From the NCBI GenBank assembly GCA_030605415.1, contig JAUWIJ010000001.1, positions 91,514 through 155,513 on the forward strand: a stretch of DNA of 64,000 nucleotides. The letters are read 5' to 3'. Positions 46,468 through 55,737 of the stretch are shown piece after piece. This DNA is from an archaeon. GTDB taxonomy: Archaea; Nanobdellota; Nanobdellia; Pacearchaeales; GW2011-AR1. Numbering within the stretch: the stretch's first letter is position 1; the number at the start of each line of letters is the position of its first letter. Made by a program: the position numbers and the translations under genes. The notes under the pieces were generated by a model. The model saw nothing but the letters and a program-made list of their open reading frames with translations. It searched no databases and had not been told where the DNA came from.

Positions 46468-48495
46468 TTAGTTGGATAGTTTGATTAATTTCTTCCAACC
46501 TTTGCTGTATTTAATTTCTTCAATTCTAATTAATCCTTTTTCTTCCAAATTTTTCTTTATACCCGTTCCCTTTCTTGCCGAAAGCCCAATTTGTTGGTAT
46601 ACCTCAGTTGTGCTTAAATTATGCCCTGGATTTTTTTGCAAGAATTCCATAAAGACTTGCTCATCTGACTCTAAATCATCATACTTAACAGTTTTTAAAT
46701 TTTTAGGTGTCGCCAATTGATTTTCAAAAATTGAATTAATAACTAATATTATATCTGATGTTGTATAATCTCCCTGAGTTTTGCTTTTCTCTAAAATTTT
46801 TTCAATCTCCCCCAACTCTACACCCGCATCCAAATGCGATATAACAAAATCATATATTGTTTGCTGAACTTCCGTTAAATTGTCAGAGGAAAACAAGTGC
46901 TCCTTCCGAGTTCCCAGGTCGCTTCGCTCTAAGACCGCTTCGCTCTCAGATCTCAGCTCCCCTCCCCTGCCCCCGTTCCCCTTTCCCGCTCCCCTCTGAG
47001 TTCTAAGCTCTGAGCTCTGAGCTCTCGTCGAGTTCTGAGTTTCTAAAACCGGAACGGTGGCTACTCCAGGATTTTCAATCGCTTCATTAAATTCCAGATC
47101 GATTTTATTTTCATAACTCTGACCTAACATTATCGCTTGCATTCTCACCTTGATATATTCATCCGTTATGTTTTTGTTCCTCATCTCGATATACTGAGCC
47201 TCAACCAAAAATGGCATTGCATATCGTTCTGCAAGTTTTACAATCGCACTTCCTACGGATAGTTGAGAAAAATAATGTCTATTTTCCCTAAGATTCATAA
47301 TCTCGCTTACATCATAAATATCCTGAGGCAACTGTTGCTGGAATGCAATGTGACATGCGCTATTACCCTTAACCGTGTCAGAAATTTTCGAGATATGCTG
47401 GTCAAGACAGATAAGACTCGTTCCGTATTCTCGCATTTCCCTATATATCATATCCGTTGTGGACTCGTTGGTAAAATTTGTAGGCTTTTTTAAAAAAATA
47501 TTATGTGCCTCGTCGACAATAATCGCATGATCAAATTTGCCATTCGCTTCGTTTTGCCTTGCCTTTTTTAACTTGTAAATATATGTCAAAATGAATTCAC
47601 AGAAAAAACTTTTCTCTACACTACCCAACGAATTTAATTCCATAACTACCCTCTTGTCCAATAATTCCTCGACTGTAAAACTATTATCACCCTTATAATT
47701 TACCGTTTTACCAAATTCTCCAAATGTCATCACAGTCGCAATTCTTAACGCAGATTCCAACCAGCCTGCCTCTCGACCATGAATCTTATCTAGCTTTTCT
47801 TCCAATCTCCATTTAATATGATTCCATGTTGGATAATTATTTGAGTCACTGTAAATTCCCCATTCTTTAAATGCCTCATCAAGTGTTTCTAGAATTACTT
47901 TATGGACGCCGAACGATGCGGAAAAACATTCAGTTAAAAGGTCAGACAAAACATTAATCCATTCTTTTGGAGCCACACCTTTGGGCGGCTGATTTATATT
48001 TGTCTTAAATAAATTGCTTACTTTCTCATCACCAACAGTAAAGGTCATAATTGAATTATCTTCTGCCGAAAGTGGCCGGAAAGATTTCTTCCAATCAAAA
48101 ATTAAATAGGGTTTATTGTGTTTATTTAATGCTTCAATTATTTTAAATGCGAAAGTCGTTTTACCAGAACCAGACATGCCCGTGACACAAATATGCCGTG
48201 GCCAATCTTGCTCTCTCAATGTAAAATCAAAAAGTTTTTTCTTTGCATAACTAATCGTTGCAAGATTATATGTTCCATCAATTAGTTCCTTTCTCGGAGG
48301 TTCTAACAAAACACCCTTGTCCAGCAACTGATTCAAATATTTTTGATAAAGCGTATTTAAAACATGAGCAATTTCTTCCCGCTCTTCTCGCCCATCTGCT
48401 ACAGCATACTGAAAATAAATCTCATCAATCTTCTTTCCAAAAACCGGCCTAAGTTTATTACAAATTTCCTCTATAGCTAATGGTCTCTGTATCAT
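46468..48495 (-). CDS. HerA/FtsK-TraG/VirB4-superfamily ATPase (DUF87-like) with C-terminal HTH
   Basis: ICVTGMSGSGKTT Walker A, IIVDEAH Walker B, LDQHIS; C-terminal LSTTEVYQQIGLSARKG..LEEKGLI wHTH. Confidence 0.85.
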   Translation of the reverse strand: MIQRPLAIEEICNKLRPVFGKKIDEIYFQYAVADGREEREEIAHVLNTLYQKYLNQLLDKGVLLEPPRKELIDGTYNLATISYAKKKLFDFTLREQDWPRHICVTGMSGSGKTTFAFKIIEALNKHNKPYLIFDWKKSFRPLSAEDNSIMTFTVGDEKVSNLFKTNINQPPKGVAPKEWINVLSDLLTECFSASFGVHKVILETLDEAFKEWGIYSDSNNYPTWNHIKWRLEEKLDKIHGREAGWLESALRIATVMTFGEFGKTVNYKGDNSFTVEELLDKRVVMELNSLGSVEKSFFCEFILTYIYKLKKARQNEANGKFDHAIIVDEAHNIFLKKPTNFTNESTTDMIYREMREYGTSLICLDQHISKISDTVKGNSACHIAFQQQLPQDIYDVSEIMNLRENRHYFSQLSVGSAIVKLAERYAMPFLVEAQYIEMRNKNITDEYIKVRMQAIMLGQSYENKIDLEFNEAIENPGVATVPVLETQNSTRAQSSELRTQRGAGKGNGGRGGELRSESEAVLERSDLGTRKEHLFSSDNLTEVQQTIYDFVISHLDAGVELGEIEKILEKSKTQGDYTTSDIILVINSIFENQLATPKNLKTVKYDDLESDEQVFMEFLQKNPGHNLSTTEVYQQIGLSARKGTGIKKNLEEKGLIRIEEIKYSKGWKKLIKLSN
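46905..47045 (-). repeat. heptamer repeat element copy 4, in-frame inside the ATPase gene
   Basis: AGAGCTCAGAGCTTAGAACTCAGAGGGG and GAGCGAAGCGGTC/GAGCGAAGCGACC; translated as TQNSTRAQSSELRTQRG...LRSESEAVLERSDLGTR. Confidence 0.75.
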
Positions 48496-49079
48496 TTTAA
48501 ATTTCTCCCCATTATTTCATCTACTCTTTGTCCTTCCCAAGATTCAAAATCGTAAAAATAAAGTCTCTTTTTCTTTCCATCCCATCCGCAATTATGATAA
48601 AGATTTGTATCTATAGTTTGATATCCCAAATCGTAAATTACCCGCATCTGTTTATTATTATGATAAAGAGTTGTATCTATAGTTTGATATCCCAAATCGC
48701 GAATTACCCGCATCTGTTTATTAAATTGTTTTATTGCTTTTATTTTTTGATAATGTTTTGTTTCAACTAAATCTAATTTTTCCATTACCAAAAATGGCTT
48801 TTCATCTTCCTGCCCAATAGCTAACGCATACATTTGAGGAACATTGACACCATTAACCATTAAATCTATTCCAATAAAATATTCTTTTTTTAAATTATTC
48901 CTTCTTGTTTCCATGTGATATTCAAATTTAGGATACTTGATTGCATGGTTTCTATTATCAGAAAATATAATATTGTGTCTATGTCCTTCTTTATTGTTAA
49001 CAACTTCTTGTTCTACAAGGTTTCTATAATGTTCCATCAGCTTCGGTTCTAAATTTCTAATATAATCTTTTTGCATCAT
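48492..49079 (-). CDS. protein-kinase-like fold protein (APH/RIO/Kdo-like)
   Basis: AIKYP (beta3 Lys), KEY (helix C Glu), NVPQMY, FLVMEKL hinge, D..LYHN catalytic-loop-like segment (duplicated), YFYDFE. Confidence 0.5.
   Translation of the reverse strand: MMQKDYIRNLEPKLMEHYRNLVEQEVVNNKEGHRHNIIFSDNRNHAIKYPKFEYHMETRRNNLKKEYFIGIDLMVNGVNVPQMYALAIGQEDEKPFLVMEKLDLVETKHYQKIKAIKQFNKQMRVIRDLGYQTIDTTLYHNNKQMRVIYDLGYQTIDTNLYHNCGWDGKKKRLYFYDFESWEGQRVDEIMGRNLK
48591..48722. repeat. 66-bp in-frame tandem duplication, 3 mismatches
   Basis: Units 48591-48656 and 48657-48722; protein NKQMRVIRDLGYQTIDTTLYHN / NKQMRVIYDLGYQTIDTNLYHN. Confidence 0.92.
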
Positions 49080-49513
49080 TATTCCGTTAAGATTTTCCCA
49101 AGCATATCAGCTCGGCTTTCTTTTTCATTTAGCTCTTTAGTATTTTCCCTCAGCTCTTTTTTCAATAGAGAAATATCCCTCCAGCATCCTATTTTTTCGT
49201 TAAGTTGAAGTTCCGATATCTCAATCTGCTTTTTTCGAAGCTCTGCCCTTTCTCGTGTAAATTCAGAATCGTTCTCGCCCTTAGGCGCATTTTCCAAAAG
49301 AAAATTGTGAATTTTCACTTTCATATTTTCACCCTCCCTAATAAACTTCCTGCCAAGAGATTTCCGCTCTTCAATCATATCTTCAATTTCTAAAACAATA
49401 TCCTTAAGAGAATCTATCTTTGCTTTACCAACAGAACTGAATTCCTGAGAGGTATCCCACACATTTTCCGCCTCGGAAATTTGAGGTATTTCACTTTCAT
49501 TAGGGTTTTCCAT
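49079..49513 (-). CDS. hypothetical coiled-coil protein
   Basis: E/K-rich heptads; TAATG overlap with the kinase-like gene. Confidence 0.65.
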   Translation of the reverse strand: MENPNESEIPQISEAENVWDTSQEFSSVGKAKIDSLKDIVLEIEDMIEERKSLGRKFIREGENMKVKIHNFLLENAPKGENDSEFTRERAELRKKQIEISELQLNEKIGCWRDISLLKKELRENTKELNEKESRADMLGKILTE

Positions 49514-49615
49514 GCAGAAATATGTAAATTTCGGTATATAAAGCTTTCGATTTGTTGTATTTTATTAGGAGTAACAGGTAGAAAGGTTTAAAAATGGCAA
49601 GTAACAAGTTCTATT

Positions 49616-50158
49616 ATGAATGAAATGATTTTACAAGCTAATCAGATAATTGTTCCTAGAATTAGCGAGATAAGAAATTTACATATACTTGGAGTTTATT
49701 TTAATATATTTAAGAATGGTCATGGCGACGATTTGCCTCCGTGTGTTATAACTCATAAAGATAAAATTGAAAGAGGAGCATTAGGTAACTATGCAGACAA
49801 AGATAAAATTCGTAGTATTTATGAAAAATTGGAGAATTCTAAAGCGAAATATTTACTTTTAGACGGGAATCATAAATCGGTTGCCGGAACTTTGTGCCAT
49901 CATCCTGTAAATTATTTTGAGCTTTGCTCTAATAGAGATTTAGAAACCCTTTCCGTGATGGCAGAGCGGGGAGAAATATTTAATTTTCCACATAACGAGG
50001 ATAGTATTACTAAGATAGCAAATAAGTTTATAGATTACACTTTCGATAGTACTCCTACTGAAAATATTTTAACTCTTCAGGATATGGTTGATAGTCTTGT
50101 CTCAAATAAAATATTGCCTCAATATATGATTGATAGGCATCGTCAGAATATTTACTGA
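49616..50158 (+). CDS. hypothetical protein, weak ParB/sulfiredoxin-like motif
   Basis: YLLLDGNHKS resembles the ParB-N DGxHR motif; nothing else supports it. Confidence 0.4.
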   Translation: MNEMILQANQIIVPRISEIRNLHILGVYFNIFKNGHGDDLPPCVITHKDKIERGALGNYADKDKIRSIYEKLENSKAKYLLLDGNHKSVAGTLCHHPVNYFELCSNRDLETLSVMAERGEIFNFPHNEDSITKIANKFIDYTFDSTPTENILTLQDMVDSLVSNKILPQYMIDRHRQNIY

Positions 50159-51315
50159 AACACAACAATATCTCGTGAGATAAACTGGTCAGGGCGAGAT
50201 TCCAATATTGGACCGAGATAAATTTTTAACCCAGTTTTTTCAGCAATTTTTTGAACATTCACGCGAAATAATCGTATTGTCGGAAATGTTATCGCAATTT
50301 TCGCAAATGGTTTTTTAATCACTTTCAACCTTCTCAAAATCGGAATCATATAAGCTTCAAAATTCAAAATAATTTGTTTCACTTGCTTGTCACTTACTTT
50401 TTCTCTAAGAATTTCTCCGAGCGGTGTCTCAGTTGCAATTGCACTAAACTGTAAATCTGAAGCACGTCTGGAATCGCTGTTTTCAATTGTATACCTATTT
50501 CCAATTTTATATTGAGTTGCAAGCCATTTCAAGTTAGTTTCAGCACCAATCGTAGCCCGCTTATCTTTATCAATACCATGAACATTTATCCGTTTCAAAA
50601 GAGCTTCCTGAAGTATACCACCTATTCCACAGAAAGGATCTAACAATAAATCATGAGGTTTTGCCCCAGAAAGATTAATTAATATTTTCGAAAGTCGCGG
50701 AGAAATTGCAAGAAACTCTCTCCTGACAGGCTTATTCATATCCCGATTTTTAACTTCCGTATTATCATAACTTTGCGTTGCCGTGCCAAAATAAATTGTA
50801 CCATTATATTCGTAATAAAAAATATAAAAATCAACTTTTGGCAATTCGTGTTTTTCGCCACTTTGAAACTGAATTTGTTTTCGACCGTGTTTTATCATCG
50901 CTTTCTTCTTTTCTCCCTTAAACTTATCCTTTAAAACTTGCGCATCTTGATTTCCAAATACTGCATACGAAAATTTATCTGCTGGAACAATTTCATTTTG
51001 GTTAATATATTTCATGAATTTCTGCTGTGTTCCTTCAAAAGTAACTTGCCCAAGCCACATCACCCCGCCAAACTCTTGAATGTCAAATTTCTCGTTCTCA
51101 TTTACTTCTATAACTAAAAAGTTTTCTTCAAATAAAATTTCTTTGTGGGGTCTGTTTCGAGCTTTCAGAAATTCTAAAACTTCTGCCCTTGATAACTCCG
51201 GATTTCTGCCTAAGATAAAAAATACCCTCACTGATTTATTTTGATTATTGGTTGGGGCACGCTGTACCCTCACTGATTTATTATTATTATTGGTTGGGGC
51301 ACGCTGGGTTTTCAT
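50152..51315 (-). CDS. Trm11/TrmG10-like RNA (guanine-N2) methyltransferase
   Basis: FILGRNPELS.AE N-terminus, LLDPFCGIGGILQEA motif I, GIDKD, ATETPLG (NPPY-equivalent). Confidence 0.75.
   Translation of the reverse strand: MKTQRAPTNNNNKSVRVQRAPTNNQNKSVRVFFILGRNPELSRAEVLEFLKARNRPHKEILFEENFLVIEVNENEKFDIQEFGGVMWLGQVTFEGTQQKFMKYINQNEIVPADKFSYAVFGNQDAQVLKDKFKGEKKKAMIKHGRKQIQFQSGEKHELPKVDFYIFYYEYNGTIYFGTATQSYDNTEVKNRDMNKPVRREFLAISPRLSKILINLSGAKPHDLLLDPFCGIGGILQEALLKRINVHGIDKDKRATIGAETNLKWLATQYKIGNRYTIENSDSRRASDLQFSAIATETPLGEILREKVSDKQVKQIILNFEAYMIPILRRLKVIKKPFAKIAITFPTIRLFRVNVQKIAEKTGLKIYLGPILESRPDQFISRDIVVFQ
51223..51306. repeat. 42-bp in-frame tandem duplication at the methyltransferase N-terminus
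   Basis: Two 42-bp units with 2 mismatches; QRAPTNNNNKSVRV / QRAPTNNQNKSVRV. Confidence 0.9.
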
Positions 51316-51344
51316 AAAAATAAAATAGATTTTGAGTTAATAAA

Positions 51345-51878
51345 TTATACCCTAAGAGTCTTGGTCGCAACCTTACATGCTAATCTCGCTTTTACTGACT
51401 TGACCAATTTTCGTGCTTCAACTTCTGCTTTCGGAGTTTTTAAACCGAGAATGTAAAGTACCTGATTCGGTTTTACCAATGCCGCCCGTCCTATTGTTTT
51501 TCCGAACGCTCGGCTCATACCAGTTTGCATACGGTCAGCTCCCGCACCAGTAAGCATTTTATTTTCCCTTAAAATATGATGCGGATAAATTTTTACTTCG
51601 AGATAAAAATCTTTCCCAAGTTTGACCTGAAGAAAACGATTAAGAAATTGCCGAACCGCCTCAATTGAATTATCCCGGATTTGACAATTTTCTTTTGAAA
51701 TTATTTGAATTTGAATTGGATAATCGCCCGCGTCAAAACCCCTGATGTCGCCCATTTTAAACTTTACAATTTTAGAATTAGGAACTGTTTTGATATATGA
51801 TTTTGTTCGTTTTTTGGAAACTCTGGCGTAGGGTCGCGCGTAACGTTTACTATATGCGGATGCTTTTCTTAGTGCCAT
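51345..51878 (-). CDS. rpl10e: 50S ribosomal protein uL16 (L10e)
   Basis: QIRDNSIEAVR, YPHHILRENKMLTGAGADRMQTGMSRAFGK.IGRAA.V signature. Confidence 0.97.
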   Translation of the reverse strand: MALRKASAYSKRYARPYARVSKKRTKSYIKTVPNSKIVKFKMGDIRGFDAGDYPIQIQIISKENCQIRDNSIEAVRQFLNRFLQVKLGKDFYLEVKIYPHHILRENKMLTGAGADRMQTGMSRAFGKTIGRAALVKPNQVLYILGLKTPKAEVEARKLVKSVKARLACKVATKTLRV

Positions 51879-51955
51879 GATTTCTTTCTTTTAGAAAAAG
51901 AAATTTCTCGCAAGTAGAAAACTTGTATTGAGAAACTCCGTTTCTATATTTAATT

Positions 51956-52222
51956 TCATTTTATTTCCACCTCAGTGCCGATTGCCTGCCCTGGCAAACC
52001 TTTCTCAAAGATTGCTCGAACAATACCATTTCCACCATGCGCCGAAGAAATTTTACCTGTAATTATTTTTGGCTCTTTCCCCGGAGATTTCCATTTAACT
52101 ATTTTACCGACGAATTCTTTTGCTTTTTCTCGGGAATCAATTTCCGGAATCTCAATAAGGAAGTGTCTGGGGGTATAATTTTTTCGTCCTCTGCGAAATT
52201 GAATAACCTTTGCAATAACCAT
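51956..52222 (-). CDS. rpl35ae: 50S ribosomal protein eL33 (L35Ae)
   Basis: FRRGRK, GKI..AHG.NG.VRA.F.KGLPGQAIG signature. Confidence 0.95.
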   Translation of the reverse strand: MVIAKVIQFRRGRKNYTPRHFLIEIPEIDSREKAKEFVGKIVKWKSPGKEPKIITGKISSAHGGNGIVRAIFEKGLPGQAIGTEVEIK

Positions 52223-52293
52223 GTTAGTTATTTGAAAAATTGCTTTATAAAGATTTAGTTTTGAAATTTAAAAAAGTTATTTTATTAAAAGAG

Positions 52294-52998
52294 CTACCCT
52301 TTTTTACTTTCTTCTGTGTCTTTACATACCCCAAAAGCATAACCATCATCAATGTCGCCCCAGCCATCAATAAGCAACTTGCTCAAGCCCAAGTGGTCGT
52401 TCAATATCGACATCTTTGTTTTCCCATCCCTATCAAAAGATTCATCAACAAATTCAAAATTCCCGAGAAAAGGATTTTTTTTGTATTTACCAGCAACTTC
52501 AGCTATTTTTTCAGCTCCTTCTTCTCCATATCTTGCAATCATATAAGGATTTTTCCTTAATTCAGAATTTGTTTGTTCTCCTATTTTATATCCGAATGGA
52601 ACAAATTTCACTAAAGAATCATTATCTTGTAATCTTTCAATTAAAGATTTTCTATTCATGTTTAATCTTCCATTTGTAATTTTGGGATTAGTTTCTAAAA
52701 TAACTCCGTTGTTTATTTCTTCATTTGATTTTGGAAGATATAAATTTCCAGTAAATTCCCATAACCATCTATCTTTTAGAATTTTAATTATTTTTGACTC
52801 ATATTCCCCTTTTGGATTTTGAAAAGCATCATAAACTAATGAAGCTGTTTCTGGAGATGTTGGTCTTTGTAAACCATCTTTATCAATTTGCTCGGCAACT
52901 TTTCCATATCCTCCTCTAAATGCAGGATACTGAAAACTACGCGTTCCTTCTTCATGTGGAATTTCTGTTAAATATGGTTTTCCTATTTTTGATTTCAT
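52294..52998 (-). CDS. hypothetical protein
   Basis: 234-aa ORF with upstream TTTATAAA; no recognised motif. Confidence 0.6.
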   Translation of the reverse strand: MKSKIGKPYLTEIPHEEGTRSFQYPAFRGGYGKVAEQIDKDGLQRPTSPETASLVYDAFQNPKGEYESKIIKILKDRWLWEFTGNLYLPKSNEEINNGVILETNPKITNGRLNMNRKSLIERLQDNDSLVKFVPFGYKIGEQTNSELRKNPYMIARYGEEGAEKIAEVAGKYKKNPFLGNFEFVDESFDRDGKTKMSILNDHLGLSKLLIDGWGDIDDGYAFGVCKDTEESKKG

Positions 52999-53070
52999 AA
53001 AAGAATTAGAAATTTAGACTTTATAAATCTTTCTATTTTGTTACTTTTTAAAAATAGTTACAATCTATTC

Positions 53071-54921
53071 TCAATAAACCAAATCAAATTTACCAAATAC
53101 TTTTTTAAGAATTTTAAAAGAGCCAAGATCAATTTTCGTTTCTTTGCCTTTTCTGGCAACAAGTTGCTCCTGTAATTCTTTTGGATTTGACCTTACTAAT
53201 TTATTACCCGATATTTTTTGAATTTTTGAACCCTGAATTATAAAAGTATTTGCGAGAAAAAATATTTCGGCAGTTGTTTCTCTGGTTTTAACCAAAAACC
53301 GAGATTTCTCCATCGCTGCCAATTCGCATCGCTGAGTATATTCCGCTAACGCCGTTGTAATTTCGGTCGCCAATTTTCTCGCGTTATCAACATTCTGACT
53401 TTGCTTTAATGTTAAATTATCTTTTTTCTTGCTGTTTTTTGTTTTAACAACATTTTGTTTAGTTTTAGAAATTAATTTTAAATTATCTAAAAATCTTGGA
53501 GGAAATCGTCCTTCTTGAATTATCTTTTCATTAAATTCTTTCAAAATTGATGCTTCAGATTTTTTCTTCAATAGTGCTCCCAACATTCCAAAAACATCAT
53601 TATAAATTTGTTCAATTGATTTTTCCTGAATTCGTTTTTCAATCTGTTCTCTTAATTCTTTTAATCTCTGAATATAATCAACAGCATTTTTTGAAAGCCT
53701 ATCCAATTCCTTACCGCTAATATCCCCTGGCTTTAATTTCCCATGCTCGTATTTTTTCCAAACTTTAATAATAATTTCTTCAAGAATATCCGCATACTTT
53801 TGTTCAACTAACTTTTCTTTATTTACAAAGACTTCCTTGAACTGCTTTACAGTCTCATAAACATTTGGAGGAGCAAGCCCATAAAGCATCAGCACTCCCT
53901 GCGTCGGCGTTGAGATTCCCCAGAACAAATCAAGAGTTGCCACATCAAAAATTCGTTTCTCAACAGTTTCCTTAAGTTTATTTCCCGAAGACATAAACAT
54001 ATCAATTGCTTCCGGACTTGGCTTAATTTTCCCCATCCGCAATAAAGATTTCCACGGAAGAAAAGTGCCTCTGTCATAAAGCGGTATACCATCCCTAATA
54101 AATGTGAACATTACCGGATGAGCGTCCTTCACCGCCTCCCAAAACTCTGTCATTAAATAAACCTGAACATTCAGTGTATTTTTATTTACACCCGCAATTG
54201 CCTCAGCTTCCTGAATATAAGAATATATTATTCCCCTTAATTTTTCCTTCAACTCCAATCTCGGCATTCGTTTCACGTCGGTGTCATCTATAACTATAAA
54301 CACATCAACGTCTGAATCTTTTTTTGTCGTACCTGTTGTTAACGAACCACCGACAACATACGAAGTTACGTATTTTTCAAATTTCTTTAAAACGAGAGAC
54401 TTATGAATTTGGGCAACTCGTATATGACTCAGAATTCCCTTGTCTGCAATTGGATAAGACATTGCGATTGCCTCCATAACTTCAAATTTTGAATCAAGAC
54501 CCAGGTTCCAAAAATCAACCGGCGTCATCACGTGCAACCAAAACTTGTCATTGATTTTTTTTGCAATTGTAATCGCATCCAAACGAATTTGCCCAATGCT
54601 CTTGAATTGTTTCTCCGGAATAATCGCCAAAATATGAATTAATCCTTTTTTTGCATCTTCTTCAGAAATCTCGTATTCTTCTTCTATTTTTTTTGCAGCT
54701 TGCGCCGGAATAATTCCAATAGCTTCTATCGACTTATGTTTCTTTAAAAATTCCGTTTTAAATTTCTCAATTTCTTTTTGCGTTTTATCCATCTTTTTCT
54801 TCAACGCATCATCAATTTGATTGGGCATTGGTAAACTTCCGAGTTTGGATTTCGACACATAATCTTTTGCCAAATTTTGCTCTACCGACTTTTCTTCAGA
54901 ATTACTTTTGTGCTCTGCCAT
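53071..54921 (-). CDS. nucleotidyltransferase-domain protein with HEPN-like domain (long paralog of 36503-37402)
   Basis: VVGGSLTTG...DSDVDVFIVIDD, IRDGIPLYDRG..GKIKPSPEAI; a degenerate NTase-like repeat at the N-terminus. Confidence 0.78.
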   Translation of the reverse strand: MAEHKSNSEEKSVEQNLAKDYVSKSKLGSLPMPNQIDDALKKKMDKTQKEIEKFKTEFLKKHKSIEAIGIIPAQAAKKIEEEYEISEEDAKKGLIHILAIIPEKQFKSIGQIRLDAITIAKKINDKFWLHVMTPVDFWNLGLDSKFEVMEAIAMSYPIADKGILSHIRVAQIHKSLVLKKFEKYVTSYVVGGSLTTGTTKKDSDVDVFIVIDDTDVKRMPRLELKEKLRGIIYSYIQEAEAIAGVNKNTLNVQVYLMTEFWEAVKDAHPVMFTFIRDGIPLYDRGTFLPWKSLLRMGKIKPSPEAIDMFMSSGNKLKETVEKRIFDVATLDLFWGISTPTQGVLMLYGLAPPNVYETVKQFKEVFVNKEKLVEQKYADILEEIIIKVWKKYEHGKLKPGDISGKELDRLSKNAVDYIQRLKELREQIEKRIQEKSIEQIYNDVFGMLGALLKKKSEASILKEFNEKIIQEGRFPPRFLDNLKLISKTKQNVVKTKNSKKKDNLTLKQSQNVDNARKLATEITTALAEYTQRCELAAMEKSRFLVKTRETTAEIFFLANTFIIQGSKIQKISGNKLVRSNPKELQEQLVARKGKETKIDLGSFKILKKVFGKFDLVY

Positions 54922-55041
54922 AATTAAAGGTTGGGTTTTTCGTTTTTAAATGTTGTTACTTTTAATTAATAAGAAAATTAATCTCCGCCTGCACACTTCG
55001 TGAGTACCCTTCGGGTAAATCTCCTTGGTACCCAAGTTCTA

Positions 55042-55112
55042 TGATTCCGCCAGGAATCGGACCTGGGTATCCTCGGTGTAAACGAGGTGTTCTACCATTA
55101 GACTACGGAATC
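55042..55112 (-). tRNA. tRNA-Val(TAC), no intron, CCA not encoded
   Basis: Folded by hand: acceptor GATTCCG/CGGAATC+A73, anticodon stem CCTCG/CGAGG with loop TT-TAC-AC, T arm CCAGG-TCCGATT-CCTGG; 71 nt. Confidence 0.88.
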
Positions 55113-55203
55113 AATGAAACTTAAAGAAAAAATTTGTTTTTAAAACTTGCTAATGATAATTTACTATAACAATTTTTATAAAGTAGCTTAACAGTAAATA
55201 TTT

Positions 55204-55608
55204 ATGACTTTGAAAAAAATTATTAGGGAGAAAAATAAGATTATAGAAAAATATTCTATTGAAGCTCCATTCTTAAGTTCATGTAAAATTCCTGAGGGAT
55301 ATAAGGATATCACTGATGCGATTTCTTCAAAACTAAAAGATTACTGTGTATTCGATAAAACAGATAAAAAATTACGCTCTACGAGAAACATTATAGGAGG
55401 ACCTATTCCGAATAGTATATGGAATGGCATAATTGAAACCACAGACGGAAGAAATATTGACTTAGAAATTGTTCAAAGTTACGAACAACCTTATGCACAT
55501 TTATCCCGAGTCAATGTTGAAATGAAATATGCTGATAAAGTTTCTGAAGAAGATTTGAATATTATTAGAAAAGCTTTTACGAATTCTGGGTTGGAGAGGA
55601 TTGATTAA
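55204..55608 (+). CDS. hypothetical protein
   Basis: 134-aa ORF downstream of a TTTTATAA box. Confidence 0.55.
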   Translation: MTLKKIIREKNKIIEKYSIEAPFLSSCKIPEGYKDITDAISSKLKDYCVFDKTDKKLRSTRNIIGGPIPNSIWNGIIETTDGRNIDLEIVQSYEQPYAHLSRVNVEMKYADKVSEEDLNIIRKAFTNSGLERID

Positions 55609-55683
55609 AAAATTAATTTTGAATTTTGTAATCCAAAGGTTTATAAGGGAATTTTTGAATCTAATTACGTATAAGTTAGAGTC

Positions 55684-55715
55684 CTTGGACGTGAGTCGTG
55701 GGGATTCAGTCCGAG
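55684..55715 (+). promoter_or_regulatory. stable hairpin in the 5' UTR of the DEAD-box helicase gene
   Basis: CTTGGAC-G-TGAGTC-GTGGG-GATTCA-GTCCGAG: 13-bp stem with one bulge and two G-U pairs. TTTATAA box at 55640-55646. Confidence 0.5.
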
Positions 55716-55737
55716 ATTTTTCTTGGGATTTATTAAA

